DNA of 64,000 nt from contig CBDCXR010000004.1 of NCBI GenBank assembly GCA_965223845.1, positions 4,928,001 to 4,992,000 on the forward strand, read 5' to 3'. Position numbers and translations under genes: made by a program. Shown one piece after another: positions 16,005 to 25,993 of the stretch (positions are counted from its first letter, which is position 1; every line of letters starts with the position of its first letter). Source of the DNA: Planctomycetota bacterium (lineage in GTDB: Bacteria > Planctomycetota > UBA8108 > SXIK01). Under the pieces are notes generated by a model. The model ran no database searches. It saw nothing but the letters and a program-made list of their open reading frames with translations, and was not told the origin of the DNA.

Positions 16005-17676
16005 TCGCGCGCATCAGCTCGACGGGCACTCGAAGCTGAAACTGACCGCGATCCGGACCGAACGTCGTCGCCGCGACGAGCGGCGCCTTCGATGCGCTCA
16101 TGCCCCCGAGCGCCTCCTTCATCTGGGCGGCTCCTGGATTCCCATCGGGAAGGCCACTGATGACCTCGCGCATGAGCTTGACTAAATCGTAGTCGAGGTA
16201 ACCGTGCCGGCCGGGCCCGAAGGCTCGGTGCGCTTCGAGGGTGAACGCCGGCGGGGTCGATCCGCTCTGGATCGAATCGATCATCTGATCCATCTTCGCC
16301 CCCGCGGCTCCGAACACGACGTAGTCACCTACGGCGGCGATTTCCGCTTGCTGCTCGAGCATCCCCGCGGCGATTCCCGGTCCCGCCGCTCCGATCCCCT
16401 TCATGTCGATCTTCTGATTCCAGCGGTGGATCGACACCTCTCCGTGCTTTCGCACATCCTTTTCGAGACCGGCGTCGATCCCCAATCCGAAGGACGAGTA
16501 GAGAGAGCCGAGCGCGCCTTCGGGCTTCGCGAGGTCGACCGCGGTGCTCACCATATCGAGCATCTTCGCCCCGTCCTTCACCCCGACAACGTAGTCGAAG
16601 GCGAGCGATCCATCCGCGATATCCATCGTGAACACGCCAGTCCCGTCCCATGCTTCGCGCGTCTGATCGAAGAGCGAGAGCAGCTTCGGATCGGCGATCG
16701 CATTCATCCCCGTGTCGCTCGCGACTTGGCGGAACAGATTCGAGAACAGATTCGAGAACGCCGTACTGTCGAGCGCATACGTCATCGCCAAAGCGCCGCC
16801 GGGAGCGAGTGGGCTCTCCGCGGGTGCCGTCTTCAACGCCGATTGGCTAAACAGCGCGGCGATGTCGGAGCCAGCCTTCGCCGAGACGACCTTCGAAACG
16901 TCGAAGCCTTTCGCACCGGCCGTGAGATCGACCTGAACCGAACTGCACTGTCCGAGGAGCGAAAGCATTCCGCTCAGCTCCGCGCGGAGAATGCCGGCGA
17001 GATTCGAAGCCGCGCCTTCGGGCGCGTTTCCGCCCATGGCGGCAAAGCCGCTCACGAGTCCGACGAGCCCGTTCATCTGATTGCGAATGAGATCGCCGTA
17101 GACGCTCATCAACCGCTCGGCGCCGATGTAGATCCGCGCCGTGGAGTCGAGACCGCTGGCGCTCGCGTAGACCGAGTTCGCCTTGCTGGAAGCTTCCAGG
17201 GCTTCCAGAGTTTGAGCGACGGTGAGCACTCCGTCGGCGAATTTTGTCTTCACGCCCATGAGCGCGAGTCGCTCGCTGATCGGCTTCTCTTGACGAATCG
17301 GAAGAAAACCGACGACGAGGGGCATGCCTCCGGTCTGTCCCGGCTTGAGCACCGCGATGGCGATCGGCTTCGATGCGTCGAGATGGTCGAGCTGAGGGTC
17401 GCCGAGCGCCTGGCCGATCTGGCCCTTGAGTTGATCCGGGTGCGCCTGCCTCCCGAGACTCGGATCGATCGCGTTCGCCAGTTCGCTCACGCCGCTGAGC
17501 ACTCCATCGAGGCTCGGCAGCGCGACGTACGCGAGGACTTCCGCGGAGTCCGGTTCCACCGGAGCCGGCACGGCCGGCGCCTTTCCCCGCCCTCCGCCGG
17601 TGCAACCGATGAAAGCGATGGAACTCGCCGCGAGGATCGCGACGAACGTCTGGGTGAGTTTCCGAGGGTGCCGCAT
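15970..17676 (-). CDS. Hypothetical lipoprotein
   Basis: 568-aa ORF with RBS GGGAG; lipobox-like FIGC after a hydrophobic stretch; 12-bp tandem repeat at 16732-16759 (FSNLFSNLF). Confidence 0.75.
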   Translation of the reverse strand: MRHPRKLTQTFVAILAASSIAFIGCTGGGRGKAPAVPAPVEPDSAEVLAYVALPSLDGVLSGVSELANAIDPSLGRQAHPDQLKGQIGQALGDPQLDHLDASKPIAIAVLKPGQTGGMPLVVGFLPIRQEKPISERLALMGVKTKFADGVLTVAQTLEALEASSKANSVYASASGLDSTARIYIGAERLMSVYGDLIRNQMNGLVGLVSGFAAMGGNAPEGAASNLAGILRAELSGMLSLLGQCSSVQVDLTAGAKGFDVSKVVSAKAGSDIAALFSQSALKTAPAESPLAPGGALAMTYALDSTAFSNLFSNLFRQVASDTGMNAIADPKLLSLFDQTREAWDGTGVFTMDIADGSLAFDYVVGVKDGAKMLDMVSTAVDLAKPEGALGSLYSSFGLGIDAGLEKDVRKHGEVSIHRWNQKIDMKGIGAAGPGIAAGMLEQQAEIAAVGDYVVFGAAGAKMDQMIDSIQSGSTPPAFTLEAHRAFGPGRHGYLDYDLVKLMREVISGLPDGNPGAAQMKEALGGMSASKAPLVAATTFGPDRGQFQLRVPVELMRAIIEPRLRTAGE

Positions 17677-17978
17677 TTCGAGTCTCCCTTCTCTCCGGCG
17701 CGAATCGTTTCTGAGCGGAGCCCAAGCGCAGTCCAGCCCCGAACCTGGGAGGACAAACGCTCCCAGGGACCGGTGTCCTGATCGTGCTCCCGGGCCCGTA
17801 CAGCCGACACGCTAACAAGATCGTGTCGCCGCGAAAAGAGACGGCCAAAGGGAGCTTTCGTTTCGCGATCTCTGCCGGCGATCGCACATTCCTCGGGCGG
17901 GCTGATTCCGACGGAATCGAGTATCATGACGCGCTCACTCGAACCCGCGCTCTCGCCGCGCAAGTCCAGGAAGCCGCG

Positions 17979-19172
17979 ATGACAACGATTCCTCTCCCGG
18001 CGTACCGCCGCCTCGGATTCTACGCCTCTCTGCTCGTCGGCGTTCATGCGTCGAGCGTTCTTTCGATCGCCGCAGAGGACGCAAAGCCGGCGACCGTCTC
18101 GCGTGGTTATACGATTCCGACGATCGACCTCGCCGCCCAAGCGTTCCGCCAGATCATCGTCGACCGCGAGAAGGGTCAGTACCTCGGCCACCCGACGACG
18201 GTGCTCCTCGAGGACGGTCGGACGATCATCACCGTCTATCCGAAGGGTCACGGCCGCGGCGGCATCGTGATGAAGCGGAGCATGGACGGCGGCCGCTCTT
18301 GGGGCGAGCGTCTCCCCGTGCCCGAGAACTGGGCGACGAGCAAGGAGACCCCGACGATTCATCGTGTGATCGACAAGACCGGAACGAAACGCCTGATCCT
18401 CTTCTCGGGACTGTACCCGATCCGCATGTCGGTTTCCGAGGACGACGGCGTCGAATGGACGCCGCTCGCGCCGATCGGCGACTTCGGCGGCATCGTCGCC
18501 ATGGGGTGCGTCGAGCGGCTCAAGAACGGAGATTACCTGGCGCTCTTCCACGATGACGGCCGCTTCATTCGAAAAGGCGGTGCACCGAGGAAATTCCTCG
18601 TCTACAAGACCCTCTCCCGCGACGGCGGGCTCACGTGGGGAGATCCGCAACCGATCGCCACGCATCCCGTCGCCCATCTCTGCGAACCGGGTCTCGTCCG
18701 ATCACCGGACGGAAAGCAGATCGCGGTTCTTCTCCGCGAGAACAGCCGGCGTCTCAACTCCTTCGTCATACTGTCGAACGACGAAGGAGAAACTTGGTCG
18801 GAGCCGCGCGAGCTTCCGGGTGCGCTCACGGGCGATCGACACATCGGTCGCTACGCGAAGGACGGGCGTCTCTTCATCACGTTTCGCGACCGAACGCACG
18901 AGAGTCCGACGCCCGGCGATTGGGTGGCGTGGGTCGGGAAATACGAAGACATCGTCGAAGGACGCGAAGGGCAGTACCGCGTTCGCCTGATGGACAACAC
19001 AAAGGGATCCGACTGCGCGTACCCGGGTCTCGAGCTCCTACCGGATGGCACTTTCGTCACGACGACCTACGGCCACTGGACGAAGGGCGAGGCGCCCTAC
19101 ATCGTGAGCGTGCGCGTTCGGATCGAAGAGATCGATGCCCTCGCCCGCCGGCAGAAATCCCGAGATTCCTGA
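17979..19172 (+). CDS. BNR/Asp-box sialidase-family protein
   Basis: Asp boxes SMDGGRSW, SEDDGVEW, SRDGGLTW, SNDEGETW; CEPG and DCAYPG motifs; signal peptide from ATG 17979. Confidence 0.85.
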   Translation: MTTIPLPAYRRLGFYASLLVGVHASSVLSIAAEDAKPATVSRGYTIPTIDLAAQAFRQIIVDREKGQYLGHPTTVLLEDGRTIITVYPKGHGRGGIVMKRSMDGGRSWGERLPVPENWATSKETPTIHRVIDKTGTKRLILFSGLYPIRMSVSEDDGVEWTPLAPIGDFGGIVAMGCVERLKNGDYLALFHDDGRFIRKGGAPRKFLVYKTLSRDGGLTWGDPQPIATHPVAHLCEPGLVRSPDGKQIAVLLRENSRRLNSFVILSNDEGETWSEPRELPGALTGDRHIGRYAKDGRLFITFRDRTHESPTPGDWVAWVGKYEDIVEGREGQYRVRLMDNTKGSDCAYPGLELLPDGTFVTTTYGHWTKGEAPYIVSVRVRIEEIDALARRQKSRDS

Positions 19173-19184
19173 CGCCCGTCGCCG

Positions 19185-20267
19185 GTGAACGATTCGACGC
19201 GAACCGCTTGCCCCGATTCCTGCCGCTCGCGGCCGCGGATCGGCACCCGGAGAGGAATCATGCTCGCGCTCGCGGCGATCCTCGTCTCTCCGGTGGTCCC
19301 CGCTGCGGATCCCGAAGCCGGCGCCGATCGAGCGCCGCTTCCGCTCTCCCGGGACCGCGACGGCTTCGGGCTCTTCGACTATCGTGATCCAACTCCGCTC
19401 GCCGCGCTGCACCTCCGACTGCCGACGAGTCTCCCGCGCGCCTTAGAGGCGCGGGACGGCGCGGTGAAGCTTCAATTCGACATCGCGAGCATGTACGCCG
19501 CCGCTCCCGGCGTTCTCGTCGACGCGGAGACGTACGCCCTCCGATTCAGTCACTGGTTCGCGTTTACGCGAAACTTCTTCGTCGGGTTCGAAAGCTCCGT
19601 CTACGCGCGAGACGAAGGGATCCTCGATCCACCGATCGAAGACGCGCAGGAGCTTTTCCACGTGGCCGACCGGGGACGAAGCGATCGCGGACACAACTCG
19701 TACGCGGTCCGCGTCACCGATCGAAACGGCAGTGTTCGCGAGCTCGACCGCGGGCCGGGCGTCGGCGGGGGACTGACGTTTCGCGCGCACTGGACGATCT
19801 ACGACGTTCCGGACGACTGGCTTCCCGCGATTTCTCTCGGCAGCTGGGTTCAGCTTCCCAGCTTCTCACCGGGATTCGGCTCGCGCGGAGTCGATATCGG
19901 TCTGCAGCTCGGGGCTCAGAAGCGTGTTCACGAACGCGTTTATCTCTACGGCGTCGGTGGGTCGACCTATCTCCACGATCACCGCACCGAGGGCATCGAG
20001 TTCGAAGAGTTCACGTACCAGCTGACGATCGGAGCCGAGCTCGTCCTCGTTCCGAACGAACTTTCCCTCGTCGCGCAGTACACTGTCGACTCGCCTCTCC
20101 TCCGCGACGTGCGGATCTTCGATCGCCACCGAAACACGGCGGGCGGCGGGCTCCGCTGGCAGCTCGGCCGGCATGTCCATCTGTCCATCGGCGCGATGAC
20201 GAGTCTTCCGCCCTACGAGAACGCGCCGGACCTCACGGTGATGGCGGCGATCGAGCTGCGGTCGTAG
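19185..20267 (+). CDS. Putative outer-membrane beta-barrel protein (DUF3187-like)
   Basis: Signal peptide (start may be ATG 19260); VDAET, GILDPPIE...LF, PDLTV segments; alternating amphipathic strands. Confidence 0.6.
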   Translation: MNDSTRTACPDSCRSRPRIGTRRGIMLALAAILVSPVVPAADPEAGADRAPLPLSRDRDGFGLFDYRDPTPLAALHLRLPTSLPRALEARDGAVKLQFDIASMYAAAPGVLVDAETYALRFSHWFAFTRNFFVGFESSVYARDEGILDPPIEDAQELFHVADRGRSDRGHNSYAVRVTDRNGSVRELDRGPGVGGGLTFRAHWTIYDVPDDWLPAISLGSWVQLPSFSPGFGSRGVDIGLQLGAQKRVHERVYLYGVGGSTYLHDHRTEGIEFEEFTYQLTIGAELVLVPNELSLVAQYTVDSPLLRDVRIFDRHRNTAGGGLRWQLGRHVHLSIGAMTSLPPYENAPDLTVMAAIELRS

Positions 20268-22317
20268 CGATTTCGACCGACACGCGCACCCTCACGAGCT
20301 CGCCGAAGTGAGCGGCCGCCGCGCCGGCAAACCGATCCGCCATCGCAGGCGGCGGCGGTTGCGGAGCGACGACGTTCACCCGAAGCTCGATCGGTCGCGC
20401 GCCGACACGCTGGACGTCGACGGATTCTGCTGCGCAGGCCGAAACGGCGAGCTGCTCGATCTCGTCGACGAGAGAAGGCGGAACTCCAGCCCGCCAGAGC
20501 GAGGCGACGAGAAGTCCCGCGGCGACGACGAGAAGGAGGGCGACGCGGAGTGTCCACCGACGGGCACGTCCGTGCTGGTGGGCGACGCGGAGTCCGACCG
20601 CCCACAGGCTGAATGACGCCCCGATGACGATCGCGACGATATTCGTGAGAAAGAGGAGAGCCGCGCCCCCCGCCACTTCTCGCGCACCGAGCGACACCGC
20701 GAGTCCGATCGTCGAGACGGGCGGAACGAGCGCCGCAGCGATCGCTACGCCCGGAAGCGCACCGGAGAGCCCGGGCCGCGACGTCGCGTACGCGGCGGCT
20801 ACTCCGCTGAAAAATGCGACCCCGAGGTCGAGCATGCGCGGCGAGCCGCGCGCGAGCATCTCTTCGGTTGGCACAAGCAGATCCGGAACGAGCGCTCCGA
20901 CGACGTAGGCGATGCAAAACGCGAGCAAGAACCCGAGGGCGACCGAGCGCACGGCATTTCGGATGAGCCGGAGGTTTCCCTGGACGAGCGCGAGGCCCGT
21001 CCCGAGGAGAGGCGTCATCAGCGGTGCGACGAGCATCGCTCCGATCACCACCGCGGCCGAGTTCTGCACGAGACCGAACGACGCGATGAGCGTCGAGAGG
21101 CACATGAGAGAAACGAAATCGAAATCCCACCGCGAGTTCGACTGCACCCGCTCGACGAGGGCGATGCGATCCTCGCGCTCGAGCTGTGGGACGAGCGAAG
21201 TCAAGGAACGCTCGATGAACTGCTGCGCCCGCCCTGCGATGGGAAGGCTCGCGCGGACGACTCCGACGGCCGGCGGATCGTTCTGCTCGAGGAGCCGTTC
21301 TGCCGTCGATCCGACCAGGCCGCGACGGATGAATCGGTCGGAAGGCGCACCGAGAAGGAGTAAGTCGTAGCCCTTCGCCTGCATTTCCGCGATGCCGGTC
21401 CGCGCCTTGTTCGCCACGGCGACCTTGAGCCGAACCCGATCGCTGTCGCTACCGACCGCGCCGCGCACCACTCGCTGCAAGATCCGGAGTCCGACGAGCT
21501 GTGCGTCGGCGCCGACCTCGGGCTCGACGAAGAGCGCCGTCACGCGCCCGGCTTCGCGCTCGGCGAGTGCGATCCCGAGCTGAAGCGACGCGCGGCAGTG
21601 GCTCGACGGGATCGACGGGACGAGGATTTCGCACCGGCCATCGCCGTCCCCGCCGGTGACCTCCCCGTCGCCCGAAGACTCGCTATCGCCATCGTCGACG
21701 CTCGCGGCTTCCGCGACGCCGGCACGAAGAAGCAAGGTCTCACATGGCGCGCGATGGAAGAGCGCTTGCTGGAGCTCGCCGTAGGGAGTTTCGATCCTCT
21801 CCTTCCCGCACCACGGAAGGACGAGGAGCTCGCAGCTCTTCTCGTGAAGTAGTTTCAATACGCCGGCAGCGAGATCCCCGTAGACGATCTCGCAGAGAGA
21901 GGCGGACGGAGGACCGTTCTTGTCCTCCGGTGTCGCAGCCTCGGTTGCCGTCGCGGCCCCATCGTCGCCTGTCTCGGCGTCCACTTGCGCGAGGAGCTCT
22001 CGAACCACCGCGCAGGCGGCGTCGACCGGAGTGTCCGCACCGTTACGAGATTCGATGTCGACCTCGCCGATGCGGTCGTCCCCACCGCCGGTCGCCCGCG
22101 GGACGGCGACGCACAGCGGAAGCTCGCGCGCCTGCGCCAGCCTCCATCCCCACCGGACATACGCTTCGACGGCACACTCTTCTGCCGCTACGACCACGAC
22201 CGACATGCGCGCCAGTCTACTCGAGCTCGTCGTTCCTTGCGACGTGCTCCCAAGCGGAGGTGAGCCGGGTTGCTGCGCTCGGAAAGGGCTCGAAAAGGGG
22301 GACCGATGGGCGGCCAT
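20233..22317 (-). CDS. DUF389/TIGR00341 membrane protein with N-terminal universal-stress-protein-like domains
   Basis: GLVQNSAAVVIGAMLVAPLMTP and LPGVAIAAALVPP signatures; USP-like LFHRAPCETLLLR and DLLLLG...GSTAERLL. Confidence 0.85.
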   Translation of the reverse strand: MAAHRSPFSSPFRAQQPGSPPLGSTSQGTTSSSRLARMSVVVVAAEECAVEAYVRWGWRLAQARELPLCVAVPRATGGGDDRIGEVDIESRNGADTPVDAACAVVRELLAQVDAETGDDGAATATEAATPEDKNGPPSASLCEIVYGDLAAGVLKLLHEKSCELLVLPWCGKERIETPYGELQQALFHRAPCETLLLRAGVAEAASVDDGDSESSGDGEVTGGDGDGRCEILVPSIPSSHCRASLQLGIALAEREAGRVTALFVEPEVGADAQLVGLRILQRVVRGAVGSDSDRVRLKVAVANKARTGIAEMQAKGYDLLLLGAPSDRFIRRGLVGSTAERLLEQNDPPAVGVVRASLPIAGRAQQFIERSLTSLVPQLEREDRIALVERVQSNSRWDFDFVSLMCLSTLIASFGLVQNSAAVVIGAMLVAPLMTPLLGTGLALVQGNLRLIRNAVRSVALGFLLAFCIAYVVGALVPDLLVPTEEMLARGSPRMLDLGVAFFSGVAAAYATSRPGLSGALPGVAIAAALVPPVSTIGLAVSLGAREVAGGAALLFLTNIVAIVIGASFSLWAVGLRVAHQHGRARRWTLRVALLLVVAAGLLVASLWRAGVPPSLVDEIEQLAVSACAAESVDVQRVGARPIELRVNVVAPQPPPPAMADRFAGAAAAHFGELVRVRVSVEIATTAARSPPSP

Positions 22318-22357
22318 TCTACTGGCGCACCCTAGCCGGTCGTGGTGACATCACGGC

Positions 22358-25300
22358 ATGTCGATCTTAGCCACCTGCGCAAGAAGCTTGCGTCGGCCAG
22401 AAAACGATCCTCTCGGACAGCCTCGCTGTCGCGAGTCCTCGACGATTCATCTAGAATCGCCCGCGGTTCGCTTCGCGGTGCCCACCGGGAGACCTCGTTG
22501 TCCGACCTCGCTGCCGCGGCGATCGAGCCGAAGTCGCACTTGCGTCGCTGCGTGTGCCCTCGGATTCGCGGTTCTGTTGAGCGCGACGGCTCGCCCCGAA
22601 CCGTGTCGTCCCGAGCTCCGGAGTCTCGGACCAGCCATTCCGCTCCCGCTCGAGGCACCGCAGGATATCGCGGTCGATCCCGCGACCGGGACACTGTGGA
22701 TTACGTCGGGTCTCTCGAACGAGATCCTCGTGCTCGACGCGGATCTCGATGTCGTCGGCAGCATCGACGCCCCGTTCCTCGGCAGTCCCGCGGGCGCGAC
22801 CGGCATCGCCTACGACGAACTCGACGATGCGCTGTGGGTCATCCGACCGACGACACAGGAAGCTTGGCAGCTCGCGCGCGACGGCGAGCCGACCGGCCGC
22901 GTCGTTTTCCTCGACTTGCCGCCTCCGGTGAACATCATTCCGCGGCCGTTTCCCCGCGGGATCGCGTTCGACCGCGACGGCGACGGCGGTCGCGGTTCCT
23001 TGTGGGTGGTCGAGTCCGTGATGACGGCCGTCTACGAAGTCGCGCTCGACGGAGCGATCCTCCGCTCGTTCTGTCACCCCGACGACCCGGACGGTTGCCC
23101 GGGGACGGGTCGAGCTGCGTTCGCTCGCGACGTCGGACTCATCCGCGACGGCGAGGAGGTCGTCGAGCTCGAGCTCGTCGGCGGCCTGACGGGAGATGAG
23201 CAAGTTCGGCGCTTGTCGGTCGATGGCGAGCTCGAGCCGTTCAGCATCCCCCTTCGCGAGATCGGCGGATCGCCGGGCGCGTTCGCGCGGGGGACGGTCG
23301 TCGACCCCGAGAGCGGTGAGAGCGTCGATGCGTTCTACGTCACCGTAGAATCGAGCGCCGAGTTGCAGGTTCTCGCCGTGATTCCGGCTCTCGCCCCAGC
23401 GATCACCGAGCTCACTTGTACGGCTTCGGCGTCGGCGGTCGAGCTCACGTGGAACGACCACAGCGCGCCGTACGTCCGGACGGAAATCCTGCGCGACGGG
23501 AAACGCATCGCGCTACTCGACGCCGGCGCGCGGTCGTTCACCGACCCCGCGCCGAGCGAAGGAGTCTCGGAGTACGTCGTCCGCGCCCACGCAGAGTCTT
23601 GCGTGAGCGAGCTCTCCTGTCTCGCGGTCGTCGGCGCCGGTCGAGTTCTCGCGTCGGCTACGTTCGAGCACGGAAACGCACAGGATCTCGCCGAAGACAA
23701 TCACGGCACGTTTTGGGTTACGACGCGGGACAATCTCGTCGTCGCGGTCGATGGCGACTTCGAGATCGTCGAAACGTTTTCGAGCCCCTTCGCGGACGAG
23801 GACTCCCTCACGACCGGCATCGCGTACGACTCGGCAAACGACCTCCTCTTCGTCTACGACACGGCGACGCATCGAATCGCTCCGATGCATCGAAACGGGT
23901 TCGTGCTCGCGAGTGCGCCCACGCCGAGCGGCTACACCGTGAACGAAGACGAGCCGCGCTACATCGCAGCTCTTCTCTTCGATCCCGCCGGCGACGCGGG
24001 AGCGGGTTCGTTTTGGTACTACGACGCGTCGAACGCTCTCTACGAAGAGCGCACTCGCCGCGGCGCCCTTCTGCGGAGCTGTCCGCATCCGGACGACGAG
24101 GGTGCGATCGCGCCGGATGGATCGCCGTTTCTACCGCTCGCCTGGGGTCTCTCCGCGGTACCGGGAAAAGGATTCGAGCTGCTCGAGGCGTCGATGGGTG
24201 CGGTCCGCGACTCCCGTGTGAATCGAATCGCACAGATTCGGACTGCAGATTGCGCGCCGACCGGATTCGAGATCCCACTCGCAGGACTCGCGTCGATCTC
24301 CCGCCCCCCCGCTCTCGTTTACCACCGAACGCGAGGACCCGAGGGCGAGGACGTCGCGATCGCGATCAACACCTTCACCGCGCGACCGTATATCGCACGC
24401 ATCGATGCGAGTGGACCGGAAGTTCCACCACCGACACAGTTCGAATGTTCGCAGCCGACGGGCGAGCTCGCCGTCTATCTGTCGTTCGCGGCGCCCGAAG
24501 GGGTCGACCGAATCGAGATCCGTCGGGATGGCGAGCTGATCGCCAGGCTGTCGGAATCCGACACGTCCTACACCGACCGCGTCGACTCGACCGGTCTCTT
24601 CGAATACGCCATTACCGCGCAGCGCGGACGGGCGACGAGCGACGAGCGACGCTGCACCGTGCGCGTCGGTCCGGGGTCGATCGCCTCGCGCGAGTTCGTG
24701 TTCCCCGCGCCGATGGTAGTCCATCAGGTCGCGTTCGATCCTCAGGCACGCGAGTACGTCGCGGCGTCGACGACGCGGAAGTGGGCGGGGCAGCTCTACT
24801 TCTACGACGAGAACCTCGTGTACCGCCGCAGCGCGCCGAGCCCGTTTCAGGATCCCGTGCAGATCGCTGCGATGGCCGTACGGCCGCGCGTTGGCGCATC
24901 GTGGATCTACGCACTCGGTTGGACACCGGGTCTACCGCCGACGTCGAAGCAGAAGTATCGAATGCGCGTCGTCACGCCGTCGGGGGAAGTCGTCGACGAG
25001 TTCGACGTCGAACCCCCGCGTCCACGCGAAACATTCCTCGTCTTTCCGAGCGGTCTCGCCTGGGACGAGCACACCGAGTCGCTGTGGCTCCTCGAGAGAA
25101 ACGCGGCGGTGATCCTTCAGCTCTCGCCGGATGGGGACCCGATCTCGTCCTTTCCGCACCCCGCGCCGTTTCACCAGGACCGCGTCCACAACTACGGCGT
25201 CGCCATCGACGCGGCGCGCGGCGCACTCTACCTGACGAGTGGCGATCGCCTCGACCAGAGCGTCACGTCGATCGTCGAGCTCACGCGGAGTGGCCGCCTG

Positions 25301-25942
25301 AGCGGGTGGAGCGTGCCGGTCGGCGACGAAGGTTTCTACCGGAGACTGCTCGGCTTCACCCTCGACGCGACCGGAACGGGATTCGTCATCGCAGGAATCG
25401 GGGACTCGAACATCGAATGGGTGGAGCACCGGGCATTCGATGCGGTCGAGCCCGTCGAGGATCTCGAGTGCGCTCCCGACGGTGACGCACTCACGCTCGC
25501 GTGGCGGCTCGCCGGCGCCTACGATGCGCTCGCGATCAGTCGAAACGGCGAGCGAGTGGCCGAGCTCGCCGGCAACGCTCGCGAGTGGACCGACATCGAC
25601 CCACTCCCCGAAGCGGTCTACCGTGTCGTCGCACGGCGCGACGGCGCGCGATCGGGAGGAGCGCTCTGCGAGTTCCCTCGACCCGTCGCGTTTCTTCGTG
25701 GCGATGTCGAAACGAATGGAACGATCAATCTGACCGATGCGATCGCGATCCTCGAGCACCTCTTCTCGGGAACCGTCGAAATCGAATGTCTCGACGCAGC
25801 GGACGCCAACGACGACGGCTCGGTCAACATAGCGGACGCCCTCCGACTCCTCCTCTTTCTCTTTCTCGACTCCGCGCCGCCCGAGCCCCCGTTTCCGCTT
25901 CCGGGATTCGACCCGACCCCCGATGCTCTCGTGGGCTGCTGA
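22358..25942 (+). CDS. Large secreted protein: three (beta-propeller + FN3/Ig-like) modules and C-terminal dockerin-like domain
   Basis: Repeated TGIAYD/GLAWD blades; three C...L(T)W...I.R(D/N)G..(I/V)A.L......(F/Y/W)TD modules; FLRGDVETNGTINLTDA...CLDAADANDDGSVNIAD...GFDPTPDALVGC; true start may be downstream (e.g. GTG 22478). Confidence 0.8.
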   Translation: MSILATCARSLRRPENDPLGQPRCRESSTIHLESPAVRFAVPTGRPRCPTSLPRRSSRSRTCVAACALGFAVLLSATARPEPCRPELRSLGPAIPLPLEAPQDIAVDPATGTLWITSGLSNEILVLDADLDVVGSIDAPFLGSPAGATGIAYDELDDALWVIRPTTQEAWQLARDGEPTGRVVFLDLPPPVNIIPRPFPRGIAFDRDGDGGRGSLWVVESVMTAVYEVALDGAILRSFCHPDDPDGCPGTGRAAFARDVGLIRDGEEVVELELVGGLTGDEQVRRLSVDGELEPFSIPLREIGGSPGAFARGTVVDPESGESVDAFYVTVESSAELQVLAVIPALAPAITELTCTASASAVELTWNDHSAPYVRTEILRDGKRIALLDAGARSFTDPAPSEGVSEYVVRAHAESCVSELSCLAVVGAGRVLASATFEHGNAQDLAEDNHGTFWVTTRDNLVVAVDGDFEIVETFSSPFADEDSLTTGIAYDSANDLLFVYDTATHRIAPMHRNGFVLASAPTPSGYTVNEDEPRYIAALLFDPAGDAGAGSFWYYDASNALYEERTRRGALLRSCPHPDDEGAIAPDGSPFLPLAWGLSAVPGKGFELLEASMGAVRDSRVNRIAQIRTADCAPTGFEIPLAGLASISRPPALVYHRTRGPEGEDVAIAINTFTARPYIARIDASGPEVPPPTQFECSQPTGELAVYLSFAAPEGVDRIEIRRDGELIARLSESDTSYTDRVDSTGLFEYAITAQRGRATSDERRCTVRVGPGSIASREFVFPAPMVVHQVAFDPQAREYVAASTTRKWAGQLYFYDENLVYRRSAPSPFQDPVQIAAMAVRPRVGASWIYALGWTPGLPPTSKQKYRMRVVTPSGEVVDEFDVEPPRPRETFLVFPSGLAWDEHTESLWLLERNAAVILQLSPDGDPISSFPHPAPFHQDRVHNYGVAIDAARGALYLTSGDRLDQSVTSIVELTRSGRLSGWSVPVGDEGFYRRLLGFTLDATGTGFVIAGIGDSNIEWVEHRAFDAVEPVEDLECAPDGDALTLAWRLAGAYDALAISRNGERVAELAGNAREWTDIDPLPEAVYRVVARRDGARSGGALCEFPRPVAFLRGDVETNGTINLTDAIAILEHLFSGTVEIECLDAADANDDGSVNIADALRLLLFLFLDSAPPEPPFPLPGFDPTPDALVGC

Positions 25943-25993
25943 AGCCCGCTCCGTTGTCTCACCCGCAATCGTTCCCACTCGCCGGAGTGACCG

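Noticed and set aside
16732-16759. 12-bp tandem repeat as a phase-variation or CRISPR-like element
   Set aside because: Only about 2.3 in-frame copies inside a CDS, with no spacers
17830-17867. cgcgaaa...tttcgcg stem in the divergent intergenic region as a riboswitch
   Set aside because: No conserved riboswitch core recognisable; a short stem is expected by chance
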